Shown in pieces: positions 1 through 8,301 of a stretch of DNA of 38,607 bases (positions within the stretch are counted from its first letter, which is position 1; each line of letters opens with the position of its first letter). The notes below the pieces were generated by a model that had not been told where the DNA came from, did no database searches, and was given only the letters and a program-made list of their open reading frames with translations. The stretch lies in NCBI GenBank assembly GCA_964563465.1, contig CAZLVZ010000001.1:1-38607 (forward strand), in the 5' to 3' direction. The DNA is from an uncultured Candidatus Saccharibacteria bacterium. Lineage in GTDB: Bacteria; Patescibacteriota; Minisyncoccia; Minisyncoccales; PEYH01. Position numbers and translations under genes: made by a program.

Positions 1-1435
1 CGGAAAAAGTCCATGTTTCATTAAAAGAAGTCCCATCAGCATAATCAGAATGCCATGCTCCCTGATAATGTGCCCAAAGCTTAGTTAATCCGTTATCATC
101 TTGCCCTATCACGGTAAGCTTAATCTTTTCTCCTACATCTACTGTTGTTTTGTCTACAGACAAAGTGCCGGAGACAGGGTCTTCTTGAACAGCGTTTTCA
201 ACTCTTAAATAAGTTGATTTTGTATTATTGCTCTCATTGGATTCCGACAATCTGTTTCCGTCATCTGTTGAAAGTGTAAATTTATGACTGCCCACTGGAA
301 GAGTTTGAAAAATAGGACAATCTATTGTAGTCGTCTGTCCTGAATCTAATCGTGTTGTAATCGCATCACATATTCTCCATCCAGGATTTGGCAAAGATTC
401 AGAAGAAATTTTTGTAATAATTCCTCCAGAAACATATGGCATTTTTTGAGAACCATTATTTTTAATAGTTGTTCTAAAGCTTATCTTGTCGTTTGTCGTC
501 GGAGATGCAGGTTGAGTAATAATAGAAGAAATTATGAGGTCTGGTTTATTCTGTACTGTAGCAACTACTGTTGCCTTTACATAACATGGAACTGTCTTTG
601 CGCTTTCTATTGTCTGGTTTGTTTTGTATCCATAAATATAACCATAGTAATATTTGTTGCCTGCCGTTGATTCAGATAATGTCCATGTCTTTGTGCAGGA
701 AGTCGCCCCATTACAATATTGAGAATCCCATCCCGATCCTGCTCCCTCGCTATGATGACCCCACAGCATTACCTTGCTTACTCCTTGATCATCTTGCGCT
801 GTAATTGTGACAGTAATATTCCCTCCTACGCTTACCGTTGTTTTATTTACAGACAAAGTGCCGGAGACGGGGTCTTCTTTGGTCGTGCTCGGCAAAGCAT
901 TCTCGCACTCCTGTTTCGTATTAAATGTTCTCAATCCATAATAAACATAAGATCCACAAAATTGTTTATACCCACAAGCTGTCGCGTGGTCATTGTCAAA
1001 CCAATAACGGTATTGACAATTTGTTATTGTTTGGGTTACTGTCGCCTTCACATAACTAGGAGTTGTATAGCCAGCATCTGAGTGGTCAGTCGTGTCTCTG
1101 CCAGATACATAACCGTGATAAGTATATATCCCTGCACTTGGTTCGGAAAAAGTGAATACATGGGTACAAGATGTAGCTGGTGCACCTATAGCGTGTGGAC
1201 ACACATATCTATGCCAAGCATTACGATAATGGGCCCAAATGTATATTACTCCTTGATCGTCTTGACCTGTTACTGTTAGAGAAATTGTTTCTCCTGTGCT
1301 AACGGTTGTCTTGTTAATAGATAGTGTCCCCGAGGCAGGGTCTTCTCTTGTTTGAGCTATGGCAGAAGATGTCATAATTAAAAATCCTGCCAAAAAGATT
1401 CCCGTTATCGCTAAAAACTTAAATTTTTTATTCAT
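1..1435 (-). CDS. Secreted repeat-domain surface protein, C-terminal part cut by the window edge (signal peptide, three ~105-aa modules, CARDB-like segment)
   Basis: Absent from the ORF track because it has no stop in the window. ATG at 1435-1433, and the frame stays open to position 1 (checked at three anchor points). N-terminus MNKKFKFLAITGIFLAGFLIMTSSAIA looks like a signal peptide. Modules start EDP(A/V)SGTLS(I/V)(N/D)KTTV and contain QDD(Q/N)G. A KPDLIISSI...ISFRTTIKNNGS stretch resembles CARDB. The Cys-rich + strand ORFs at 446-1279 are antisense shadows. Confidence 0.7.
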   Translation of the reverse strand, partial: MNKKFKFLAITGIFLAGFLIMTSSAIAQTREDPASGTLSINKTTVSTGETISLTVTGQDDQGVIYIWAHYRNAWHRYVCPHAIGAPATSCTHVFTFSEPSAGIYTYHGYVSGRDTTDHSDAGYTTPSYVKATVTQTITNCQYRYWFDNDHATACGYKQFCGSYVYYGLRTFNTKQECENALPSTTKEDPVSGTLSVNKTTVSVGGNITVTITAQDDQGVSKVMLWGHHSEGAGSGWDSQYCNGATSCTKTWTLSESTAGNKYYYGYIYGYKTNQTIESAKTVPCYVKATVVATVQNKPDLIISSIITQPASPTTNDKISFRTTIKNNGSQKMPYVSGGIITKISSESLPNPGWRICDAITTRLDSGQTTTIDCPIFQTLPVGSHKFTLSTDDGNRLSESNESNNTKSTYLRVENAVQEDPVSGTLSVDKTTVDVGEKIKLTVIGQDDNGLTKLWAHYQGAWHSDYADGTSFNETWTFS

Positions 1436-1511
1436 AATTTTGAAAAATTAATTGTTAATTTAGAATAACCTTTATCTTATAATAATCCTTGTTTATAAAA
1501 AATACAATGAT

Positions 1512-3230
1512 TTAATTAAAAAATGTTAATAACTTTTTAATAGGATGAACGTTTATAATATCTTTTTTCTCTGCCCAACCGCGTCGGGCTTGGGCAATAC
1601 CAAGTTCCATAAATCGCAAATGATTTTTGTGGTGAGCATCGGTATTAATTACCATTTTCACTCCTGCCAGTTTTGCTTTCTTAATATTTGTATCTTTTAA
1701 ATCCATTCTTATAGGAGAAGAATTAATTTCCAAAATAGTTTTTGTTGCCTTGGCTGTTCTTAAAATTTTGCCAAAATCAATACGATATTCATCTCTTCTT
1801 CTCAAAATCCTTCCTAACGGATGAGAAATAATATCAATATTAGGATTTTTCATTGCCTTAATAATTCTTTCTGTCATTTGGCTTTTAGAGAGCTTAAAAT
1901 GAGAATGAATACCAGCAATAGCGTAGTCAAGATTCTTTAACGCCTGATTATTTATATCAATTGAGCCGTCTTTTAAAATATTGGTTTCTGCTCCTTGTAA
2001 TAATCTAAATTTTGAATTTTGAATTTTTGAGTTTAATTTATCTATCTCTTTCCGCTGTTCGCTTAATTGTTTTTCATTCAAACCGTGCTCTATTCTCAAA
2101 AATTTAGTATGATCGGAAATTCCTAAATATTCATAATCCATATTTATGGCAACTTTTGCCATTTCTTCAATAGAATTTTTACCTCCGTCCCAATTAGAAT
2201 GACAATGTAAATCTCCCTTAATATCGTTATATCCTATCAATTTAGGAATCCTATTTTCTAAAGCCATTTCTATCTCGCCCCTATTTTCCCTCATCTCTGC
2301 TGGAATATATGCTAATCCTAAAGCAAAATAAATCTCTTTTTCATCTCTGCCTGCAATCATTTTTTTGCCTCTAAAAAGCCCATATTCATTAAGCTTCATT
2401 TTTTTGTCAATGGCAATCTTTCTCAAAGCAATATTGTGTTCTTTGGAACCGGTAAAATATTGAAGCGCTGAACCATAGCTTTTTTCAGGGACAACCCTTA
2501 GATCCACATCAATTCCCGGTTGAACACGAATAGAGGATTTCGTTTTCCCTTTGCCCCAAATTTTAATTATTCCTTGTGTTTTTACAAAAATATCCATTAC
2601 CTTCTCCGGCTTATTAGAAATAACTAAAATATCAATATCTCCTATGGTCTCTTTTTTCCTCCGCAAAGAACCTGCTAAATCCAATTCCCTTACTTCTTTC
2701 AAATTAATAAGAGGTTCTTTTATATCCCGAATAATCGGTAAAACTTCTCCCAAAAGAAATCTTCCTTTATTCTTCCTCAAAAATCTTATACTCTCTAAAA
2801 TATTCTTTTCTGTCTTTTTGTCAAAACCGGATAAAGAAACAATTTTATCTTCTTCAATCGCTTTTTCTAAATCGTTCAAATTCCTTATGTCTAATTCACG
2901 ATACAACTTCTTAATTGTTTTGGGACCTATTCCCTCGACGGCCATTAACCCCTCTATGTCTACGGGAAATTTTTTCTTTAATTCTTGATAATCTTTAATT
3001 TTTCCAGTCAACAAATACTCTTCAATTTTTTTAGCAATACCTTTCCCTATTCCCGGAATAGCAATAAGTGCGCTCGTTTCTCCTTTTTTGTAAATCTGAG
3101 CAACGCTCTCTGCCAAACTTTCTAAGACAATTGCTGCTTTTTCGTATGCTTGCGGCTTAAAGGCGACTTCTTCTATCTCTAAAAGATAACCAATTTCATA
3201 AAATATATTTGCTAACTCTTGATTAATCAT
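1512..3230 (-). CDS. polX: DNA polymerase X family protein (HhH + pol-beta nucleotidyltransferase + C-terminal PHP domain)
   Basis: 572 aa. The N-terminus NQELANIFYEIGYLLEIEEVAFKPQAYEKAA is typical of PolX. Also has GIGPKT HhH, GSLRRKKETIGDIDIL nucleotidyltransferase motif, and a PHP part with DLHCHSNWDGG...DAHH. Confidence 0.9.
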   Translation of the reverse strand: MINQELANIFYEIGYLLEIEEVAFKPQAYEKAAIVLESLAESVAQIYKKGETSALIAIPGIGKGIAKKIEEYLLTGKIKDYQELKKKFPVDIEGLMAVEGIGPKTIKKLYRELDIRNLNDLEKAIEEDKIVSLSGFDKKTEKNILESIRFLRKNKGRFLLGEVLPIIRDIKEPLINLKEVRELDLAGSLRRKKETIGDIDILVISNKPEKVMDIFVKTQGIIKIWGKGKTKSSIRVQPGIDVDLRVVPEKSYGSALQYFTGSKEHNIALRKIAIDKKMKLNEYGLFRGKKMIAGRDEKEIYFALGLAYIPAEMRENRGEIEMALENRIPKLIGYNDIKGDLHCHSNWDGGKNSIEEMAKVAINMDYEYLGISDHTKFLRIEHGLNEKQLSEQRKEIDKLNSKIQNSKFRLLQGAETNILKDGSIDINNQALKNLDYAIAGIHSHFKLSKSQMTERIIKAMKNPNIDIISHPLGRILRRRDEYRIDFGKILRTAKATKTILEINSSPIRMDLKDTNIKKAKLAGVKMVINTDAHHKNHLRFMELGIAQARRGWAEKKDIINVHPIKKLLTFFN

Positions 3231-3270
3231 ATTAAGTTTATTCTATCACAGGCAGGGTTTTCATAAAACA

Positions 3271-3300
3271 AAAAAAAAGGGGTCAAACCCCTAAAATTCT
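3271..3300 (-). terminator. Rho-independent terminator after hicA
   Basis: On the - strand AGGGGT-TTG-ACCCCT hairpin followed by a run of nine T. Confidence 0.6.
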
Positions 3301-3303
3301 TTT

Positions 3304-3531
3304 TTAATCTTTTAATAGTTCGTTAAATTCCTCCAAAGATAAATCCAAATCTTTGATAATGGCGTTGAGTAAGCCCTTTTTAATGTCTTTGTTGTGAAAC
3401 GGCACAGAAATGATTCTTCTCTGTATAGAACAATAAAAAATCCGGTGGCTGCCGGTCTGTCTTTTCTCAATACATCCTAATTTTCCTAAAACTCTAATTA
3501 ACTGTTTAGGTTTGATTATTGGTAATTTCAT
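3304..3531 (-). CDS. hicA: HicA-family mRNA interferase toxin
   Basis: 75 aa, KPKQLIRVLGKLGCIEKRQTGSHRIF...VPFHNKDIKKGLLNAIIKDL matches the HicA/YcfA pattern. It starts 2 nt after hicB. Confidence 0.85.
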   Translation of the reverse strand: MKLPIIKPKQLIRVLGKLGCIEKRQTGSHRIFYCSIQRRIISVPFHNKDIKKGLLNAIIKDLDLSLEEFNELLKD

Positions 3532-3533
3532 GC

Positions 3534-3791
3534 CTAAACTTTCACGGGAATTTTAGTTACAAAAATAGATGCCTCTGACTCGTAAGGAACTTCTTGTTTT
3601 AGTTTTTGAAGAACTTTGATATAACCATAAATGGCATCCTGAGCCATCTGATAGGCCTCGTCTAATGTTTCTCCTTGAGTGTGACAGCCCTGTAAACTGG
3701 GGACATGAACCACAAATCCACCCTCTTCTGCTGGTTCAAAGATAGCTGTATAATTTAGAATTTTCTTTTGGATTTTTTTCTTCGTGCTCAT
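3534..3791 (-). CDS. hicB: HicB-family antitoxin (UPF0150 fold, no obvious DNA-binding extension)
   Basis: 85 aa, YTAIFEPAEEGGFVVHVPSLQGCHTQGETLDEAYQMAQDAI is the canonical HicB N-domain. Lies directly upstream of hicA. Confidence 0.85.
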   Translation of the reverse strand: MSTKKKIQKKILNYTAIFEPAEEGGFVVHVPSLQGCHTQGETLDEAYQMAQDAIYGYIKVLQKLKQEVPYESEASIFVTKIPVKV

Positions 3792-3800
3792 TATAATTAC

Positions 3801-3833
3801 ATTATCATTTCTCTGATATTGTTGTCAATATCA
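3801..3833 (-). promoter_or_regulatory. hicBA promoter with overlapping inverted repeat
   Basis: - strand TTGACA (3828-3823), 16 nt, GATAAT (3806-3801), 9 nt, ATG 3791. An 8-bp inverted repeat TGATATTG-N4-CAATATCA (3814-3833) covers the -35. Confidence 0.45.
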
Positions 3834-3845
3834 TTGTTAAAAAAA

Positions 3846-3875
3846 TAGGGGCCAAACCCCTAAAGTTCTTTTTTG
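3846..3875 (-). terminator. Rho-independent terminator after the HD-domain gene (near-copy of the one at 3271-3300)
   Basis: - strand AGGGGT-TTG-GCCCCT hairpin followed by ATTTTTT. Confidence 0.6.
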
Positions 3876-3892
3876 CTACCTTTTCTGTGTTT

Positions 3893-5200
3893 CTATTTTT
3901 TCTTATAAACACGACCTTGCTTGGCTATAGCGAATTCTTTGTCTAATTCTTCCATAAATTTTAATAAAAGGGGATCATCTATTCGCTCTTTAATGTCAAT
4001 CCACCAAGGAATTATTGGAAATTTTTTGTCTTTCTTCCAGTATTCAATGGCCTGAAAAAGATTAACCATCTTGTCTACTTGAGAAACAAATCTACCCTCT
4101 TTGGTTAAACCCTCTTCAAAATCTACCCAAAGCTCAATAATTTCATCTTGCAATGCTTTGGGAAGGCGTGATGTTAGTTTTACAATTGCTTTCCATTCTT
4201 TAGCTCTTTTCTGAAGTAGCCATTCCAATCTTTTAGCGTAAGGAACGCGTGGGGGCTTCTCCATAATTTTTTTTGCATTCTTTTTATCTGAACCGAGTAT
4301 TGGGTCATATGGAGTTTGATCTCCAGCATAAACTTCACACAAATCATGAATTAATGCAATCTTGACGGTTTTGTTTGTGTCCAATCCTTTAGTTTCTCCC
4401 AAAAACCAGCTTATTATTGTCATTTGAAAAGTATGCTGAGCAACTGTCTCGGGATTTTTAACCCCTCGCAAAATCCATCCGGTTCTCTTCAATCTTTTTA
4501 GCTTGCCAATTTCAATAATAAAATTCATGACTTCGGTGGTAGTGTTTCTGTTTTTCTTTTTTCCTGAATTTAAAAAATTTCTGTCTATCTCTTTCTTAAA
4601 TTTTGAAACAATAGGATCTTTCAACGCCTTCTTGGCCCAACGATTCCATAATTTATGTTCAATCTTACCTTCTTTTTTCCAGTACTCCATGGCTTGTAAA
4701 AAGGTCTCTGCCTTAGCTGCTTGCCAAGCAAATTTACCTATCTTTGTCTTCCTATTTAAATAACCTTGCCACAGTGTTTCTATTTCTTTTTTAATATTCC
4801 CATCTAATCTTGAGATAAGCTTTTCAACAGAATTCTCTTCTTCTTGATGCCTTCTATTCAATCGTTTCTGCTCGTCTATTAAATTAAAAGGAGGGGGATT
4901 TTTAAGAATTTCTTTCAACAATGTTTTCTCTTTTTGAGAAGCAACTCCCTTGGGTAAAAGATAACCATAAGGAGTTGTGTCGTTAATATATACTTCGTAT
5001 AAATGATGGACCAAAATTGTTTTTATAATCTTGGACTCATCTAATCCTTTTTCCTTATTAAGAACCCAACCTAAAATTGTTGCTCTAAAAATATGGTCAG
5101 CCGTAGTTTCTGGACTTTTGATTCCATAAGCCAACCAGCCACTTCTTTTAGCTTGTTTTAATTTGCCTATTTGGATAAAAAATTGAAGCAGAGAATTCAT
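3893..5200 (-). CDS. Tandem-duplicated HD-domain (YfbR-like 5'-nucleotidase type) protein
   Basis: 435 aa with two homologous halves: FIQIGKLKQAKRSGW...ADH...VHHLYEVYINDTTPY and IIEIGKLKRLKRTGW...AQH...IHDLCEVYAGDQTPY. Confidence 0.75.
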   Translation of the reverse strand: MNSLLQFFIQIGKLKQAKRSGWLAYGIKSPETTADHIFRATILGWVLNKEKGLDESKIIKTILVHHLYEVYINDTTPYGYLLPKGVASQKEKTLLKEILKNPPPFNLIDEQKRLNRRHQEEENSVEKLISRLDGNIKKEIETLWQGYLNRKTKIGKFAWQAAKAETFLQAMEYWKKEGKIEHKLWNRWAKKALKDPIVSKFKKEIDRNFLNSGKKKNRNTTTEVMNFIIEIGKLKRLKRTGWILRGVKNPETVAQHTFQMTIISWFLGETKGLDTNKTVKIALIHDLCEVYAGDQTPYDPILGSDKKNAKKIMEKPPRVPYAKRLEWLLQKRAKEWKAIVKLTSRLPKALQDEIIELWVDFEEGLTKEGRFVSQVDKMVNLFQAIEYWKKDKKFPIIPWWIDIKERIDDPLLLKFMEELDKEFAIAKQGRVYKKK

Positions 5201-5242
5201 TGTATCTGAAAAGAGGGCATTAATCCTCTTTCAATTTTAACT

Positions 5243-5716
5243 TTAAAAATTATATATAATCTTCTTAATTGTATAGATGGTGACTACGGACGATTGAACT
5301 TTAACAGAGTCGCCCATCTTATGTCCCAAAAGTGATTTTCCTACTGGCGATTCATTGCTAATTTTTCCAAGCATTGGGTCCGCTTCTAAAGAACCAACTA
5401 TTGTAAATTCGTCTGTCTGTCCTTCGACCTCAACTAAAACAGTTGCTCCCATAAAAACAACCCTCCTCTGTCCTCTTGGCGGAGAAATAATAAGGGTATG
5501 ATTTTTTATGGTTGTTTCTATCTCTTCTATCCTTAGTTCAAGTTGCCTTAAGTCATCTTGAAATGTAGAAAATTCGGAACCAACATCTTGCGACGAGGCT
5601 GCGCTTGATACTTCTTCCTTTGCCTTTTCCACCCTAACTCCTTTGAGAGATTCATATTCTTCTCTCAATTTATCTAAGCCCTCTTTAGTCAAATAAATTT
5701 TGTGTTCAATGTCCAT
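5243..5716 (-). CDS. greA: Transcription elongation factor GreA
   Basis: N-terminal coiled-coil KIYLTKEGLDKLREEYESLKG and C-terminal ISNESPVGKSLLGHKMGDSVKV are GreA-like. I prefer the second Met (5716) because a TTGACA-18-TAAATT promoter ends 8 nt upstream of it. The track ORF starts at 5734. Confidence 0.85.
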   Translation of the reverse strand: MDIEHKIYLTKEGLDKLREEYESLKGVRVEKAKEEVSSAASSQDVGSEFSTFQDDLRQLELRIEEIETTIKNHTLIISPPRGQRRVVFMGATVLVEVEGQTDEFTIVGSLEADPMLGKISNESPVGKSLLGHKMGDSVKVQSSVVTIYTIKKIIYNF

Positions 5717-5775
5717 GACACTATAATTTAGCATTCCTTGATCATCTTTGTCAAACTTAATTTTCTCTAATTATA

Positions 5776-6894
5776 TTATTTTAATGTAAAGTAAAAAATT
5801 TCGGCGACAATACCCAAGACAAAAAAGATTGACAAAAGAAAGTATACTGGATTCATTTTTTTTGAATACTTCTTTTTCAAAAATGCCTTGAAAAGAAAAA
5901 TCGTGATAAAACCTTCAATGCCTCCGGCGATAGCCCCCGTGAATCCAATGATATTAATGAATTGTCTAAGTCCAAGCAAAAACAAAATCATTGGAATAAA
6001 GACAGAAATGCCCCAAGAAATTTTTTCTGGAACACGAAAGTCGTACCAAAAAATTTTCTTCAGCGTAATTCCGATCGTCAAAAAAGATGTAAAACAAGTA
6101 ATAAGTCCAAAAATAAATCCTGCTATTGTTATTCGTGGACCAAAAACAGAGCTTAAACTGGCGATTGGGTCTTCTGTAGTTTGATTGCCACAAGAGCCTA
6201 AAACAATGACTGTAAAAAGGATATAGATAAAAAAAGCGATTAGAATACCCGAAATTATTACTTTTCTGAATTCCTTCCTTTTCCCTTTTAATATTTCTTT
6301 TACTTCTGGTAAAATAGCCGACCCCCAAAGAGAAAAAAGAATAACTCCATAGGGATAAAAGACAAACTTAAAATTAATATTAAAAAAATGTTCTATCTTA
6401 ATATGAGAAAAAGATTTAAAAGAGAAAAAAGCCAAAAGTCCGAAAAAAAACAAAAGCACTAAAAATTCAACAAAAGAAACGCTTTTTATTCCTTTGTAGA
6501 TCAATAAGCTACCAAGCACAAAAAAAACAAAAACATAAATTAATAAGTTTCCACCTACATATGGAGAAAGTAAATTTTCCAAAAATCCCCCACCTACTAC
6601 CAAGTAGGCAAGTTGAGCGCCAAATAATCCAAAACATACAGCAAGAAGCGCAATCTTGCTCCAAAATGATCCTAAATATTCCTTAACATAACCCGGGAAT
6701 CTGTGTTTGGTAGATGTGCCAAGGATAACATCTCCGAGCATTAAATGAACCACTATAGCTACAGCTCCTAAAAATAGAAAATAAAAGAGTAAAACAAAAA
6801 ATCCACTTTTATAAGCGATCCAAGGCAGACCAAAGATGCCTACCCCAACAATTGTTCCAACAAAAATAGATAGAGCTTTCCAAAAAGCACTCAT
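5776..6894 (-). CDS. Polytopic membrane transporter, amino-acid permease-like (aromatic amino acid/Aa_trans type)
   Basis: 372 aa with about 11 hydrophobic segments. N-terminus ALSIFVGTIVGVGIFGLPWIAYKSGF resembles amino-acid permeases. Confidence 0.55.
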   Translation of the reverse strand: MSAFWKALSIFVGTIVGVGIFGLPWIAYKSGFFVLLFYFLFLGAVAIVVHLMLGDVILGTSTKHRFPGYVKEYLGSFWSKIALLAVCFGLFGAQLAYLVVGGGFLENLLSPYVGGNLLIYVFVFFVLGSLLIYKGIKSVSFVEFLVLLFFFGLLAFFSFKSFSHIKIEHFFNINFKFVFYPYGVILFSLWGSAILPEVKEILKGKRKEFRKVIISGILIAFFIYILFTVIVLGSCGNQTTEDPIASLSSVFGPRITIAGFIFGLITCFTSFLTIGITLKKIFWYDFRVPEKISWGISVFIPMILFLLGLRQFINIIGFTGAIAGGIEGFITIFLFKAFLKKKYSKKMNPVYFLLSIFFVLGIVAEIFYFTLK

Positions 6895-6918
6895 AAATTA
6901 AAAATTTAATAATTCTAT

Positions 6919-7179
6919 TTAAACTTTAAATACCCTGTAGCCGTCTCTGACTTTCTGACTAACCTTGAGCCCCACTTCGTCTCCTTTTTTGGCTTTGTCT
7001 ATTTTTTTATGTTCAACCTCCATTGAGTCAACGACCTGCTCAAAATCAGTATCGCCACCTATAATTCTAATTGTTTCTCCTGCTTTCAGCTTGTCGATTA
7101 GACTAATCACTGCTACTTGTATGTGGTCAAAATAATGAATTATTTTGCCTATTGGTTTTCCTTCAATTTCTTCTGCCAT
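6919..7179 (-). CDS. Small EF-Tu domain-2-like beta-barrel protein (translation elongation factor-like)
   Basis: 86 aa, IGKIIHYFDHIQVAVISL...LKAGETIRIIGGDTDFEQVVDSMEVEHKKIDKAKKGDEVGLKV resembles the GTP_EFTU_D2 barrel. Confidence 0.5.
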   Translation of the reverse strand: MAEEIEGKPIGKIIHYFDHIQVAVISLIDKLKAGETIRIIGGDTDFEQVVDSMEVEHKKIDKAKKGDEVGLKVSQKVRDGYRVFKV

Positions 7180-7274
7180 AAATAATAATTTATTAATGTT
7201 GATAACACGACCTTTAATTGTCTACAAAATATAATTACATCCTCATTATATCAAAAAATTTTGTTCTCGACGAT

Positions 7275-8201
7275 TTATTTTCTTTCCAAAACCTTAAATC
7301 CTTCTATTATTGAATCACAAACAAAATCTTCTATAGGTAAAAAATCTCCCTTAAGTTGAGATCTTTTGAGACAGGAATTATAAAAACGCTTTTTTTGCTG
7401 CTTAACAATGGCTGGTGGCAAATTGTTTGCCAACAACATTGCAGATAGAATTAATCTTCCTATCCTGCCATTCCCATCCGAAAAAGGATGAATTTTCTCA
7501 AAGCGACTGTGTATATTGGAAACATGAGTAATAATGTCATCGGTTCTGCGGTTAATGTCTTCGGCCAATTCTTTCATCAGCTGGGGAACTCTTAAGTAGT
7601 TAGCCGTAGGCACATATGTCCCAACAATGCGCACGCCGTGCCTTCTGTAGATTCCTGCATCTCTTTTTATTCCGTTCATTAAAATGCCGTGGAGTTTCAG
7701 AATCAACACTTCATTAATTTTATGCGACGGCAAACAAAGATAATCCCATAAATACTGCAAAGCAGCTTGGTGATTTTTTACCTCCAGTTGTTCAATAATA
7801 TCTCTATTTGGCAGAGCAATATTATCAAATAAAATCGCCATAGTCTCGTTCTCTGTTAAGGCACTCCCTTCTAATTTATTTGTATGATAGGTTAAAACAA
7901 GCAAAAATTGATCGTAAATATCAGAGTTTTTTACAATCTTCCCCAAAACATCTTTATATCTCTTGGATTTGTTTAATATAATTAACTTTTTTGCCTTCAA
8001 GGGATCTTCCGGAATATCTCTCTGGCCAGTATATCTAAAATATAAATTATTTATACTTTCTTCTGTTTTCTTTCGGGGCTTTGATTTTCCGTTAATCCAA
8101 CTATTAAAGGAAACAAAAGAAACGCCAAGTTCTTTGGCAAGCTTTTCTTGAGTTGAACCAGAAAAAATCCGAATAATTTTTAATTTATCTATAATGGTCA
8201 T
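7275..8201 (-). CDS. Fic-family (AMPylase-type) protein with N-terminal XRE-type HTH
   Basis: Fic motif HPFSDGNGRIGRL. Upstream inhibitory-helix-like motif TNKLEG ((S/T)xxxE(G/N)). The N-terminal QEKLAKELGVSFVSFNSWINGKSKP is an HTH_3-like helix-turn-helix. Confidence 0.85.
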   Translation of the reverse strand: MTIIDKLKIIRIFSGSTQEKLAKELGVSFVSFNSWINGKSKPRKKTEESINNLYFRYTGQRDIPEDPLKAKKLIILNKSKRYKDVLGKIVKNSDIYDQFLLVLTYHTNKLEGSALTENETMAILFDNIALPNRDIIEQLEVKNHQAALQYLWDYLCLPSHKINEVLILKLHGILMNGIKRDAGIYRRHGVRIVGTYVPTANYLRVPQLMKELAEDINRRTDDIITHVSNIHSRFEKIHPFSDGNGRIGRLILSAMLLANNLPPAIVKQQKKRFYNSCLKRSQLKGDFLPIEDFVCDSIIEGFKVLERK

Positions 8202-8209
8202 ATAGTGTC

Positions 8210-8238
8210 ATTATGTGAAACTTTATAAAGTTTGTCAA
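8210..8238 (-). promoter_or_regulatory. fic promoter with perfect 16-bp palindrome in the spacer
   Basis: - strand TTGACA (8238-8233), 17 nt, CATAAT (8215-8210), 8 nt, ATG 8201. AAACTTTATAAAGTTT (8218-8233) is its own reverse complement. A half-site TATAAAGTTT recurs at 8251-8260. Confidence 0.5.
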
Positions 8239-8260
8239 ACCACATACTTCTATAAAGTTT

Positions 8261-8288
8261 AAAAAAGACCCGAGTTATGTCGGGTCTG
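8261..8288 (-). terminator. Rho-independent terminator after mgsA
   Basis: AGACCCG / CGGGTCT stem with an 8-nt loop, followed on the - strand by TTTTTT. Confidence 0.65.
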
Positions 8289-8301
8289 ATTGTGTTGGTA
8301 A

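Noticed and set aside
446-1279. Four + strand ORFs (74-120 aa) rich in Cys, Ile, Leu and Arg
   Set aside because: They lie antisense to a long, repeat-structured minus-strand ORF that makes biological sense. They have odd composition and no starts with regulatory context.
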